DNA of 39,051 nt, from sequence record SRR20825010_6018. One strand, written 5' to 3'. Shown here one piece after another: positions 26,773 through 36,678 of this stretch. Each line of letters begins with the position of its first letter. The first letter of the stretch is position 1. Made by a program: the position numbers and the translations under genes. The notes under the pieces are model-generated. The model searched no databases and was not told the DNA's origin. It was given only the letters and a program-made list of their open reading frames with translations.

Positions 26773-29700
26773 ATGGCAAAATTACTGAAAATAACAGGAC
26801 GTACTCTCGGCATTCTACTCGAATGGCTCTTGATCTGCCTGATTTTGGTAGCTTTTGCTATTAGAACAGCCCCTTTTCAAACGTTTATTGCGCAAAAAGC
26901 AACGGACTATCTTTCCAAGGAATTAAAAACAACGGTTAAGGTTGATGCGATCTCCATTGTTTTCTTTGACGAAATCGCAATCGAAGGAGTACTTATTCAA
27001 GATTTAAAGCACGACACGCTCATTGCTGCCGAAACTATTTTCGCGACAATTAAGAGTTTCAATTTGAGTAAAAATCACTTTACTATTTCAAAAGTACTTG
27101 TCGATGAGGCCAATATTCACATCGCCATGGATAAAAAAGGTGATTTGAACCTTCAGTTCTTGAAAGATTATTTCAGAACGGAGAAATCATCTACCAAACC
27201 GAAACCCGTTAGATTCGACATTACTGAGGTGGAATTGGCTAACAGTAAGTTTCTGTACGACGACGATCGCAAGGCTCCCATTCCAAAAGGAGTTGATTAT
27301 GCTCACATTGGCGCGCATTCGATAAATGGTAAGTTTTCGAAAATTAAGGTCATTGATGATGACATCAGTGCCCAAATTGACCATTTTTCCGCCATTGGGT
27401 ATTCTGGATTCAATTTGGTGAATTTAACGGCGAATGCACATGTTTCTGGTTCAGGAGTGAAATTGAAAAATCTCAAAATCCTCTCCGATAAGTCAGAAAT
27501 TATCGCTCCAAAGTTCAACCTAATTTCAAATCACTACGATGATTTCAACTATTTTATAGATAGCGTAGCCTTTGATGCAACGATTTCGAAAAGTAAAGTC
27601 TCCATGGAAGACGTTGCTCTTTTTGCAAACGCGCTCGACGGAATGAATGACATGATTACTTTAAAGGCGAACCTCTCCAATAAAGTAAACGACTTACGAA
27701 TAAGCAATTTAGACCTTCGATTTGGGGAAAAATCTTTGATTCAAGGAACTTTCAAGCTGGTAGACTTCTCCGACCTGGATAAAGCCCGTTTCACAGAGCG
27801 TATTTCCTATGCCTACATTGATGTCGATGAGCTAGAAGCCTTGCGAATGCCCAACAGCATGAGTTCACCACATTTATCCCTCGACGAAAGAGTAAATCGA
27901 CTGGAGTATTTTAAAATAAACAAACTTTCTTTTGATGGCTCCCTGAAAAACTTTGTCATTGATGCCAATCGCTTTCAAACACAACTTGGCACTGTTTACA
28001 TGACAAATGGGTTGAAATTCGATTACATTGAATCCGAGAAAGCACTTGCTTTTACGAGACCAGAAACGGGGGATTATGACTTCAAAGTAGATCAATTCGA
28101 TCTCGGCGCATTCATGGATAACAGCCAATTAGGAAAAGTAGATGGAACGTTTTTCATTTCAGGACTTGCAAAGAGTACTTCGGACATAAAATTCACTGAA
28201 ATTGAAGGAAACCTGAAGCAGTTTGATTTCATGGGATACGCCTACAATGACGTTAAAATCACCGAAGGAAGTTTCGTCGATCAAGTGTTCCAAGCGCAGG
28301 TCAATATTAAAGATGATGCTCTTGAGCTTTCTTACAATGGTTATATCGACTTGAAAGGTGATCAACGAATGAAATTCACGGTTGACATAGCAAAATCTAA
28401 CTTGGATAAAATTGGCTTCACTTCGGAAATGGCCTCTTTGCGTTCTAATATTGAAGTGGATATTACTGGCCGAGATCCGAACCATTATACTGGGCATGTA
28501 ATCATGACAGGACTCATTTATGCTGAAAATGACCGCAGTATTGAAATAGAACGAGCAGACCTTAAAATCGAACGTGGACTGATCGAAGACAAATTTACAA
28601 TTACAAGTAATGTAGCCAATGCTGAGGTAATCGGGAAACTCAATTTCGATTACTTATGGAACGACGTTCAAACGCAGTTGAGTCGAATTTTCCCTGCACT
28701 TTTCCGCCAAGATGAAAAGTTTATAAAGAAGGGAAGTACAGATCATTTCACGTATAGTATTGAAGTACTTGATGCCACAAATATTCTGGCCATCTTTGCT
28801 CCTGATCTGGCCATCGCAGAGAATACAATTGCAAAAGGACACTATTTCGGGGAGACTTCGGATTTTTTACTTGATCTCACTTCAAAAAGCGTTACTTATC
28901 AAGATATGGTGTTTTCGGGAGTCAATATCCACCAGCAAATGGATTCATCGAACCTCTTGGCAAACTATAAAGTTGAAAATTTCGCGTATAATGATTCCAT
29001 CGATTTTACGGATTTGGAATTCGAAACATACGGAGGAAATAACGAACTCGAATCAAAAATTAATTGGGATGGAAACACTCCAAACGCCTCGGAAATAAAA
29101 TGGAGAACAAGTGTGCGAGATTTCGATCACTTTGATTTCAAATTAGAACCGTCCTACTTTAGCATTCAAGATCAGCGATGGGAAATTGCAAACGCATCAA
29201 GTATTCAATTCGAATCAGATACTGTGCGGGTTTCCAACTTTAAACTTCAGCGTGGACTTCAATCCATCTTAATGAATGGTCAGGTTTCTGAAAATGATGC
29301 GGATCAATTACGCTTCGAAGTAAACGATGTTGAAATTAAAGAGATCGCGAGCCTGTTTACCGATGATTTTACAATGGCAGGTAAACTGAACGCTTGGGGA
29401 TATGTTTCTAATCCTACCAAAAAATTGAAATACGTTGCAGATGCTCACCTTATTGACTTTAGTGCTAACGGACAAGCAATTGGAGATATTTTTGTGCAAT
29501 CTGAATGGAATGAGAAAACAGAGAGCATCGAATTGAGTGGAGATTTAATGTATCGAGGAGTTCAAACGTTTGATTTCCTTGGGAGCTATGCCACCACAAA
29601 AAAAGAAGACAATATCAATTTCTCTCTTGTCTTTGATCAAACAGACATTCAATTCACCAATGCGTTTATGGATCCGGATGTAGTCTCTGAAATTAGAGGG

Positions 29701-31359
29701 TTTCTAAACGGAACGCTTAAAGTTACAGGAACTCCTGACGAACCTATTTTAGACGGGAAAGTTGAACTAGATGCTGCCAGTGCGAATGTTGGTCTTCTTG
29801 GCGCTCATTTTGGCTTAGACGGACCAATTGAAGTTGATAAATACGGTTTCTACATCAACAGCATTCCTATTTTTGATGAAGAAGGAAATGCTGGGTCACT
29901 CATTGGATCTGTTTATCACGATAATTTTACTGACTTCAACTTCGATTTGCTTTTCGACCTAGAGGTTGACGCGATAAATCGGAATCCTTTAGAACCGTGG
30001 CGACCTATTCCTCTTGATCGATTCTTGGTGATGAATTCAAACTACTCTCCAGATCAAGTTTATTACGGAAAAGCGTATGTAACTGGAGTAGCCAATATTT
30101 TTGGATATGCCGACAACCTTGAAATCACCGTAAATGTCACGTCCGAAAAAGGAACAAAAGTAAATTTCCCGATGTACGGAATAGGTGAAATTGAGGAAGA
30201 AAGCTTCATCACTTTCGCGTCAAAAGACAGCACATTAACCATTACTGACCCGAAGGCGAATTTTCTGGGAATTGATTTAGATCTAAATCTCAAAATAACG
30301 CCAAATGCCGAACTCAAGCTTATCTTCGATGAAGAACTCGGCGATATTATCACAGCAACTGGAAATGGCGATCTGTCAATTCAAGTAGATAATTTAGGTG
30401 ATCTCACGATGGATGGTGTGTTTACCGTTGCCAGTGGTGGAGTTTACGATTTCGCTATGGGTCCAATTGTCAGACAAAAATTCTTTATTCAAGAAGGCGG
30501 AAGTATTGCATGGACCGGCGATCCCTATAATGCCAACCTCGATCTCAAAACCTATTTCAAAGTAAATGCGAATATTGGGGAATTAAGTCCTGGCCAATTG
30601 GCAACTTCGTCAGCTTCGCATCAAGAGGTTCAATGCTTCCTTAATTTGCAAGAAACGTTATTATCGCCAGCGATTAACTTTGATATTAAAGCACCAAAAG
30701 CGACCGATCAGGAACAAGCACTTCTGAACAGAGTAAAAGCAGACCGAGACGAATTGAATCGCCAATTTTTCTCTATGATTCTCTGGAAAAAATTCCAACC
30801 ATTGCAAGGTTCAGCAACTCTTGGAGGAAACGCAGCCGTTGATTTAATAACTGGACAACTTAACTCACTTTTGGAGAAAGTTTCAAAAGACTATAAATTG
30901 AACGTAAACCTTGACAACGACCAGTTTACGGGAGATAACACTTACGAATTTGGAGTTAAGAAAGGATTCTTGGATGATCGACTCATTCTTTCTGGGAGTT
31001 TTGGGGTTGAAAGTCAAAAATCCGAAAGTAACTCGGAAAGTTCTATCATTGGAGATGTGAACCTAGAATATTTATTGAATGAGAACGGAACTTTCCGTAT
31101 AAATATCTTCAACGAATCCAATAACAAATCCGTCATTCAAGATCAACAACAAGGACAATTCACGCAGGGAGTCGGAATTCATTACCAAGAAGATTTCAAT
31201 GATGTTGAAGATTTCAAAGCGATCCAATTGTTTTTAGACATCTTCAGAAATAAGGAAAAAAAGCGAATTACAATTAAACGTAAAAAGCGTCAAACTCCCG
31301 TCCCAGATGATAAAACACCCGCACCTTCTTCAAGAGAAGCCATAGAAACGGAACCTTAA
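26773..31359 (+). CDS. tamB: Translocation and assembly module TamB-like protein
   Basis: 1528 aa, N-terminal TM anchor, beta-taco type repeats, C-terminal GGSIAWTGDPYNA...LDDRLIL...GDVNLEY...QGVGIHYQEDF. Confidence 0.88.
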   Translation: MAKLLKITGRTLGILLEWLLICLILVAFAIRTAPFQTFIAQKATDYLSKELKTTVKVDAISIVFFDEIAIEGVLIQDLKHDTLIAAETIFATIKSFNLSKNHFTISKVLVDEANIHIAMDKKGDLNLQFLKDYFRTEKSSTKPKPVRFDITEVELANSKFLYDDDRKAPIPKGVDYAHIGAHSINGKFSKIKVIDDDISAQIDHFSAIGYSGFNLVNLTANAHVSGSGVKLKNLKILSDKSEIIAPKFNLISNHYDDFNYFIDSVAFDATISKSKVSMEDVALFANALDGMNDMITLKANLSNKVNDLRISNLDLRFGEKSLIQGTFKLVDFSDLDKARFTERISYAYIDVDELEALRMPNSMSSPHLSLDERVNRLEYFKINKLSFDGSLKNFVIDANRFQTQLGTVYMTNGLKFDYIESEKALAFTRPETGDYDFKVDQFDLGAFMDNSQLGKVDGTFFISGLAKSTSDIKFTEIEGNLKQFDFMGYAYNDVKITEGSFVDQVFQAQVNIKDDALELSYNGYIDLKGDQRMKFTVDIAKSNLDKIGFTSEMASLRSNIEVDITGRDPNHYTGHVIMTGLIYAENDRSIEIERADLKIERGLIEDKFTITSNVANAEVIGKLNFDYLWNDVQTQLSRIFPALFRQDEKFIKKGSTDHFTYSIEVLDATNILAIFAPDLAIAENTIAKGHYFGETSDFLLDLTSKSVTYQDMVFSGVNIHQQMDSSNLLANYKVENFAYNDSIDFTDLEFETYGGNNELESKINWDGNTPNASEIKWRTSVRDFDHFDFKLEPSYFSIQDQRWEIANASSIQFESDTVRVSNFKLQRGLQSILMNGQVSENDADQLRFEVNDVEIKEIASLFTDDFTMAGKLNAWGYVSNPTKKLKYVADAHLIDFSANGQAIGDIFVQSEWNEKTESIELSGDLMYRGVQTFDFLGSYATTKKEDNINFSLVFDQTDIQFTNAFMDPDVVSEIRGFLNGTLKVTGTPDEPILDGKVELDAASANVGLLGAHFGLDGPIEVDKYGFYINSIPIFDEEGNAGSLIGSVYHDNFTDFNFDLLFDLEVDAINRNPLEPWRPIPLDRFLVMNSNYSPDQVYYGKAYVTGVANIFGYADNLEITVNVTSEKGTKVNFPMYGIGEIEEESFITFASKDSTLTITDPKANFLGIDLDLNLKITPNAELKLIFDEELGDIITATGNGDLSIQVDNLGDLTMDGVFTVASGGVYDFAMGPIVRQKFFIQEGGSIAWTGDPYNANLDLKTYFKVNANIGELSPGQLATSSASHQEVQCFLNLQETLLSPAINFDIKAPKATDQEQALLNRVKADRDELNRQFFSMILWKKFQPLQGSATLGGNAAVDLITGQLNSLLEKVSKDYKLNVNLDNDQFTGDNTYEFGVKKGFLDDRLILSGSFGVESQKSESNSESSIIGDVNLEYLLNENGTFRINIFNESNNKSVIQDQQQGQFTQGVGIHYQEDFNDVEDFKAIQLFLDIFRNKEKKRITIKRKKRQTPVPDDKTPAPSSREAIETEP

Positions 31360-31428
31360 AACACTGTTCATTTCAAGAAAAAAATTAACTTCGCAGCACA
31401 CCAAATAGGTGCTGTAAAAAAGACTTCT

Positions 31429-32913
31429 ATGAAAAAAGTACTCATTGCAAACCGAGGAGAAATTGCACGTCGCGTAATCAGAACATTGAAGAAAATGGAC
31501 ATTCGCAGTGTTGCCATTTATTCGGACGCAGATAAAAATGCTCCACATGTTTTGGAAGCAGACGAAGCTGTATATGTTGGAGCGAGCCCCTCATCGGAAA
31601 GTTACTTGAAGCAAGACCTTATTTTACAGCATTGTAAAGAACTTGGAGTTGATGGAATTCATCCGGGATATGGATTTTTATCCGAAAATTCCGAATTCGC
31701 GCGAAAAGTAAAAGCGGCTGGAATCACATTTATCGGTCCTTCACCTGAGGCGATGGAATTAATGGGTGATAAACTCACAGCTAAACGTGCAGTAAAAGAA
31801 TATGAAGTTCCACTTGTTCCTGGAATCGACAAAGCCGTTTCAGATGTCAACGAAGCGATAGAAATTGCGAATCAAATTGGATATCCAGTTTTGATTAAAG
31901 CATCTGCCGGTGGTGGTGGAAAAGGAATGCGATTGGTTGAGCACTCCGAAGAGTTAGCTGAACAGATGAAACTTGCTCAGAATGAAGCGCGTTCTTCATT
32001 TGGAAACGATGAATGTTTTATTGAGAAATTTGTAACGAAACCACGTCATATTGAAATTCAAGTATTTGCCGACAGACAAGGAAACACTGTTTACCTTTTT
32101 GAACGCGAATGTTCAATTCAGCGACGTCATCAAAAAGTAGTTGAAGAAGCCCCTTCTGTCCTACTCACTCCAGAATTGCGCAAAGAAATGGGCGAAGCTG
32201 CTGTAAACGTTTGCAAAGCCTGCAACTATGAAGGTGCTGGAACGGTCGAGTTTTTAGTGGATGGTGACATGAAGTTTTACTTTTTGGAAATGAACACTCG
32301 TCTCCAAGTAGAACACCCGGTGACTGAAGAAATTACAGGACTTGATCTAGTAGAATGGCAAATTCGCGTTGCTCGTGGAGAGAATCTTCCTAAATCTCAA
32401 GATCAATTGACGATTAACGGACACGCTATTGAAATTCGAGTGTACGCAGAAGATACTTTGGCAGGATTCACACCTGATATTGGGAACTTGCAGCGCTATC
32501 GAATTCCTTCTGGGCGAAGTGTTCGAGTAGATGACGCATTCTTGGAAGGAATGGAGATTCCAATTTACTATGATCCGATGATTGCGAAATTGGTTGTTTG
32601 GGGAAAAGATCGCGCACAAGCCATCAGAAGATCGATCCAAGCCATCGATGAATATCAAATTTCTGGATTAAAAACGACCCTTGACTTCGGAAAATATGTT
32701 TTAAAACATCCTGCTTTTGTGAGTGGAGATTTTGACACCAACTTCGTGAAGCATTATTTCCAAGATCCAAAGATCATGTACACAGCAATGGAAGAAGAAG
32801 CTGATGCACTTGCGCATGGAATTGACCAAATTTGGAAAGATATGAAGGCACATGACGAAAAGGAATTTGCTTCTCAAGAAATTGAAAGTGGCTGGAGAAG
32901 TTCTAGAAGCTAA
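31429..32913 (+). CDS. accC: Acetyl/propionyl-CoA carboxylase biotin carboxylase subunit
   Basis: KVLIANRGEIA, HPGYGFLSEN, KASAGGGGKGMR, ERECSIQRRHQK, EMNTRLQVEHPVTE, YDPMIAKL. Confidence 0.93.
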   Translation: MKKVLIANRGEIARRVIRTLKKMDIRSVAIYSDADKNAPHVLEADEAVYVGASPSSESYLKQDLILQHCKELGVDGIHPGYGFLSENSEFARKVKAAGITFIGPSPEAMELMGDKLTAKRAVKEYEVPLVPGIDKAVSDVNEAIEIANQIGYPVLIKASAGGGGKGMRLVEHSEELAEQMKLAQNEARSSFGNDECFIEKFVTKPRHIEIQVFADRQGNTVYLFERECSIQRRHQKVVEEAPSVLLTPELRKEMGEAAVNVCKACNYEGAGTVEFLVDGDMKFYFLEMNTRLQVEHPVTEEITGLDLVEWQIRVARGENLPKSQDQLTINGHAIEIRVYAEDTLAGFTPDIGNLQRYRIPSGRSVRVDDAFLEGMEIPIYYDPMIAKLVVWGKDRAQAIRRSIQAIDEYQISGLKTTLDFGKYVLKHPAFVSGDFDTNFVKHYFQDPKIMYTAMEEEADALAHGIDQIWKDMKAHDEKEFASQEIESGWRSSRS

Positions 32914-33099
32914 TCTCACTTTTTATAGATAAAAATTTAAGATAAAACGTCTCCATGTATACTCATTGGGGACGAGTCAAACACGTTGAAGAAATTGAAA
33001 GCTTCCATTTTCGAAGTTCTTCGCAAATTCCCATTACATTCTTGCCTTAAACTCAAGAATTACTATTAATTTTAGGGCACTTAAAAAAACGCGAAATAC

Positions 33100-34311
33100 A
33101 TGAATTTACACGAATATCAAGGAAAGTCGATTTTAAAAAGCTTCGGAGTAGCAATCCAAGCTGGAAAAGTGGTAGACAAAGTGGAAGATGCTGTTGCAGC
33201 TGCCAAAGAACTCTCTACTGAAACAGGTACGGAGTGGTACGTAGTTAAAGCTCAAATTCATGCTGGTGGTCGTGGAAAAGGAACGGTTGAAGAAACTGGA
33301 TCTCATGGTGTTGTCCTTGCAAAAGGAATTGACGAGGTTGAAGCGAAAGTAAGTGGAATTCTCGGTGGTCATTTGACAACAGCTCAAACGAATGGAAAAG
33401 GTAAACTAGTAAGCAAAGTATTAATTGCTGAAGATGTTTACTATCCAGGTGCAAGCGAGCCTTCTGAATTTTACATGTCGGTTTTATTGGACCGAGAAGA
33501 AGGAAAAAATGTGATCATCTACTCTACTGAAGGTGGAATGGACATCGAGGCTGTTGCAGAACATACTCCACATTTGATTTTTAAAGAAGTAATCGATCCA
33601 CGTGTTGGTCTTCAAGGATTCCAAGCGCGTAAGATTGCTTTCAACTTAGGTTTGTCAGGACAAGCGTTTAAGGGAATGACAAAATTCGTTGCTTCTTTAT
33701 ATGCTGCATACGAAGGATGTGATGCTGCAATGTTTGAGATCAACCCAGTATTGAAAACTTCAGATGATAAAATCATCGCTGTAGATGCAAAAGTTACATT
33801 GGATGGAAACGGATTGTTCCGTCACCCAGATTATGCAGCAATGCGCGATAAAACAGAAGAAGATCCAGCAGAAGTTGAAGCAGACGAGGCGGGATTGAAC
33901 TTCGTGAAATTGGACGGAAACGTTGGATGTATGGTAAATGGTGCAGGACTTGCAATGGCAACAATGGACATTATCAAACTTTCAGGTGGTAATCCAGCGA
34001 ACTTCTTGGACGTTGGTGGAACTGCAGACGCAGAACGTGTAGAAAAAGCATTCGGAATCATTTTAAAAGATCCAAATGTAAAAGCAATCTTGATTAACAT
34101 CTTTGGTGGAATCGTTCGTTGTGATCGTGTTGCGCAAGGTGTTGTTGATGCTTACAAAGCAATCGGTAACTTCCCAGTTCCATTGATCGTTCGTTTACAA
34201 GGAACAAATGCAGAAGAAGCGAAGAAATTGATTGACGATTCAGGATTGGACGTTCATTCGGTTGTATTGCTTCAGGAAGCTGCTGATAAGGTGAAAGAAG
34301 TATTGGCTTAG
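33100..34311 (+). CDS. sucC: Succinyl-CoA synthetase beta subunit
   Basis: MNLHEYQGK, KAQIHAGGRGK, EINP, MVNGAGLAMATMD, PANFLDVGG, NIFGGIVRCD. Confidence 0.98.
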   Translation: MNLHEYQGKSILKSFGVAIQAGKVVDKVEDAVAAAKELSTETGTEWYVVKAQIHAGGRGKGTVEETGSHGVVLAKGIDEVEAKVSGILGGHLTTAQTNGKGKLVSKVLIAEDVYYPGASEPSEFYMSVLLDREEGKNVIIYSTEGGMDIEAVAEHTPHLIFKEVIDPRVGLQGFQARKIAFNLGLSGQAFKGMTKFVASLYAAYEGCDAAMFEINPVLKTSDDKIIAVDAKVTLDGNGLFRHPDYAAMRDKTEEDPAEVEADEAGLNFVKLDGNVGCMVNGAGLAMATMDIIKLSGGNPANFLDVGGTADAERVEKAFGIILKDPNVKAILINIFGGIVRCDRVAQGVVDAYKAIGNFPVPLIVRLQGTNAEEAKKLIDDSGLDVHSVVLLQEAADKVKEVLA

Positions 34312-34338
34312 TCTGAGACTAAACTCTATAGAATTAAG

Positions 34339-34365
34339 AATCCCGCCGCATGGCGGGATTTTTTT
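34339..34365 (+). terminator. Rho-independent terminator after sucC
   Basis: AATCCCGCC-GCAT-GGCGGGATT followed by a T run. Confidence 0.9.
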
Positions 34366-34389
34366 GTTTTGTTACACGTTTCTCCCGAC

Positions 34390-34475
34390 CGCTGAGCGAA
34401 GTCGAAGCGTGAGGGGAAATATCATTAGTGTAGTCTTCGGCTCCGTTGCAAACTGATCTACTCTTCTCAGACTAC
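34390..34475. repeat. Inverted pair of REP-like elements (copies 2 and 3)
   Basis: CGC-TGAGCGAAGTCGAA-GCG at 34390-34409; GTAGTC-TTCGGCTCCG-[20 nt]-CTCA-GACTAC at 34430-34475 is the reverse core, 12/14 identical once the 20 nt are removed. Confidence 0.65.
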
Positions 34476-34521
34476 TTAACTCTTCACTAGCAATACAGTT
34501 GCCAGAAGAATGCTTATAACT

Positions 34522-34559
34522 AAAAATGGGACTATCTTCCGACAGTCCCATTTCTTTTT
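34522..34559 (-). terminator. Terminator after the T9SS cargo gene, possibly bidirectional
   Basis: AAATGGGACT...AGTCCCATTT with A/T tracts on both sides. Confidence 0.75.
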
Positions 34560-34577
34560 CTAGTTTGATGGCGACTA

Positions 34578-35294
34578 TTACTTCACCATTAATTTTCCTG
34601 TTCTTACAGAGCCATTCTCAGCTGAAACAGTGTAAAGATATACACCTGACTCCAATCCAGAAACGTTGATGTCAGTCGCTTGATCAACAGACGTTGAAAC
34701 AACTACCTTTCCTGACAAACTTGTAATTACAAGATTTGCAGATTCCATTCCTTTTGTTTCAAATGTAACTACATCTGACGCCGGGTTTGGATAAACACTC
34801 ACCTCTGGAAGTACTAAAGAAATTCCATCGGTTACGCTTGCTGTACCCATTTCAAAGTTTACTGACTGGCAGCTTGAATTATTCGCCGTGTTTGGCTCAA
34901 CTGTTGGAGCAGCAGCTGTTCCTTCAAACAAAAACAAAACAACACACATATCTTCTGTGGCCGTAGCTGGAATTGTTGCAAATTCGATTCCTGAAGCAGT
35001 ATAACTCCAGCTTTCTCCTGCAGCCACAACTGTTTGAGTTCTATCTGCCAAATAAATGTTAGTTCCAAAGATGTTGTTTCCTGCAACAGTTACTGCGAAA
35101 TATACGCTATCGTCTATCACTAAATCATCAACACCTGAATTAGTCACTGTAAAAACAACGTCAAAAGGAACTCCCGCTTGAATTGTTGTTCCAGAAGTTG
35201 GAGCGGTCATAGTTGCTTCAATATCTTTTTGAGCAACAGAAGAAAATGCCAATGTTCCAGCAGCTAAACAGCCTAAAAGTAAATTTTTCATCAT
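34578..35294 (-). CDS. Small T9SS type A sorting domain protein with an Ig/CARDB-like N-domain
   Basis: Signal peptide; FTVTNSG...NTANNSSC; C-terminal VSVYPNPASD...LSGKVV...GVYLY...KLMVK. Confidence 0.9.
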   Translation of the reverse strand: MMKNLLLGCLAAGTLAFSSVAQKDIEATMTAPTSGTTIQAGVPFDVVFTVTNSGVDDLVIDDSVYFAVTVAGNNIFGTNIYLADRTQTVVAAGESWSYTASGIEFATIPATATEDMCVVLFLFEGTAAAPTVEPNTANNSSCQSVNFEMGTASVTDGISLVLPEVSVYPNPASDVVTFETKGMESANLVITSLSGKVVVSTSVDQATDINVSGLESGVYLYTVSAENGSVRTGKLMVK

Positions 35295-35330
35295 ACGATT
35301 TTTTTATATGGTTTTTTTGTAAAAAGTGCT

Positions 35331-35338
35331 CAAATGTA
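35331..35338 (-). promoter_or_regulatory. Sigma70 -7 element
   Basis: TACATTTG on minus strand, ~37 nt upstream of ATG 35294. Confidence 0.7.
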
Positions 35339-35770
35339 GCCTAATTAACCGTTTTAGATGGCGTAAATACCTAGCACATTACTTTGATTGATTGAATTGT
35401 ATAAAATCGCATTTGAACGGTTCTCTGTAGGCGTGAATAAAAATCATCCTTAGATTAAACCGTAATGAAAAAAACTCTGAATATTGAAACTTCCATAGAT
35501 TTTTTTACGGATGATCTAATCTTTCTTAACCAATCGAGAAGTGCTGACTTTTTATGGTTTTACACGAACAATAGTATGTGGACTGGTACATGAAATCCCC
35601 CCAGCATCTTCTTCATATTTTCGCGGAGGGAAGTACTCTCCTTTCCACTTGTATAAATTACGACCATTGCTAAGTGTAGACTCCGTGAAGTTTATTTTAT
35701 CCTCTAAACCACGAAAAAACGGTCAGGTGGGTTGGTTTCTGTTTTTCAGCAAATGTTATCGGCTTTAATT

Positions 35771-36265
35771 CTACTCTTCATCTTCAATATATTCTTCGAA
35801 ATTCAACTTTTTAGTATTCAAATCAAAGTAATGATAAAAGGGAAGCGTATAATCTGTCTCAGGTTTGTTAATAACTCCAAAGAGTTCAATTCTTTCTTTG
35901 TCTATTCTGTTGAACCAATAGTTGTGAAAAACTGCTATTTCCATAAAACCATTGTCTGCATATTTTGAAAATTGATTCTTTCTAAATACGGTGTCTAAAA
36001 GTGTCTGTGAATTTTGCTTAATTATAAGATATATTTCGGCGTCTCTATAATTGTCTAATTGTTTCTTTCCTTTTTCTTCGTACTCATTGAGAACATAAGT
36101 ATCTAGATCAATTTTTTTAATTGTAATTTGTATGTTAGCGATTACAGTGTCAAATTTCTCAATGCCTTTTGTCTCTGGAAAAAATCTTACTGAAGTATTA
36201 CTTACCTGCGAATTACAGTTAAAAAGCAAAAGAACGAAAGTTGAAATTATTAAACTGTTTCTCAT
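35771..36265 (-). CDS. Lipoprotein, possibly DUF4738-like
   Basis: Lipobox LFNC; YRDAEIYLII...DTVFRKNQF...KPETD. Confidence 0.75.
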   Translation of the reverse strand: MRNSLIISTFVLLLFNCNSQVSNTSVRFFPETKGIEKFDTVIANIQITIKKIDLDTYVLNEYEEKGKKQLDNYRDAEIYLIIKQNSQTLLDTVFRKNQFSKYADNGFMEIAVFHNYWFNRIDKERIELFGVINKPETDYTLPFYHYFDLNTKKLNFEEYIEDEE

Positions 36266-36303
36266 TTGTATTGCATGTTTTCTTAGGTTGTGATAGCAGC
36301 TTT

Positions 36304-36642
36304 TTATACTTCTTTACCGAAGTACTTTTCCCTAGCAACTTCATAGTCAAGATTATCGTTTTTAATAGTCCAAGCAATGTTAAAGAGTTTCACTAGACCG
36401 AGCATTGCAATTTCTCTAGTTGGATCTCCCGGTGAAGCATGAAAGCCAGCTTCTTCAGAAACCGAATAACCTTCTCCATTATCTGTTAACGTCACATAGA
36501 CAATAGTTTTCGCATCATCCCCTGACATTCCTTCTTCTATATCCGATTTCCATCTAACATTGTCTGTACCTCCAACTAGAATAACCTTTTCTTCTAGATT
36601 TATCCAATTTACTATTAAGTGCGTTATTTGTTCGTCCATCAT
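36304..36642 (-). CDS. Acidic hypothetical protein
   Basis: 112-aa ORF co-oriented with neighbours; TAACTTTG -7 match at 36663-36670. Confidence 0.75.
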   Translation of the reverse strand: MMDEQITHLIVNWINLEEKVILVGGTDNVRWKSDIEEGMSGDDAKTIVYVTLTDNGEGYSVSEEAGFHASPGDPTREIAMLGLVKLFNIAWTIKNDNLDYEVAREKYFGKEV

Positions 36643-36678
36643 GTGTTTTATCGCTTACAAAACAAAGTTAGTAGCATT

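Noticed and set aside
27187-30353. Short antisense and alternative-frame ORFs inside tamB, and similar ones inside pcrA, tamL, recG, accC and sucC
   Set aside because: Fully nested in well-supported genes with no recognisable motifs.
32948-32974. Hairpin CGTCTCCA...TGGGGACG after accC
   Set aside because: No T tract on the sense strand; too weak to call a terminator.
33100-34365. sucC without adjacent sucD
   Set aside because: Separation of sucC and sucD is common in Flavobacteriales-type genomes.
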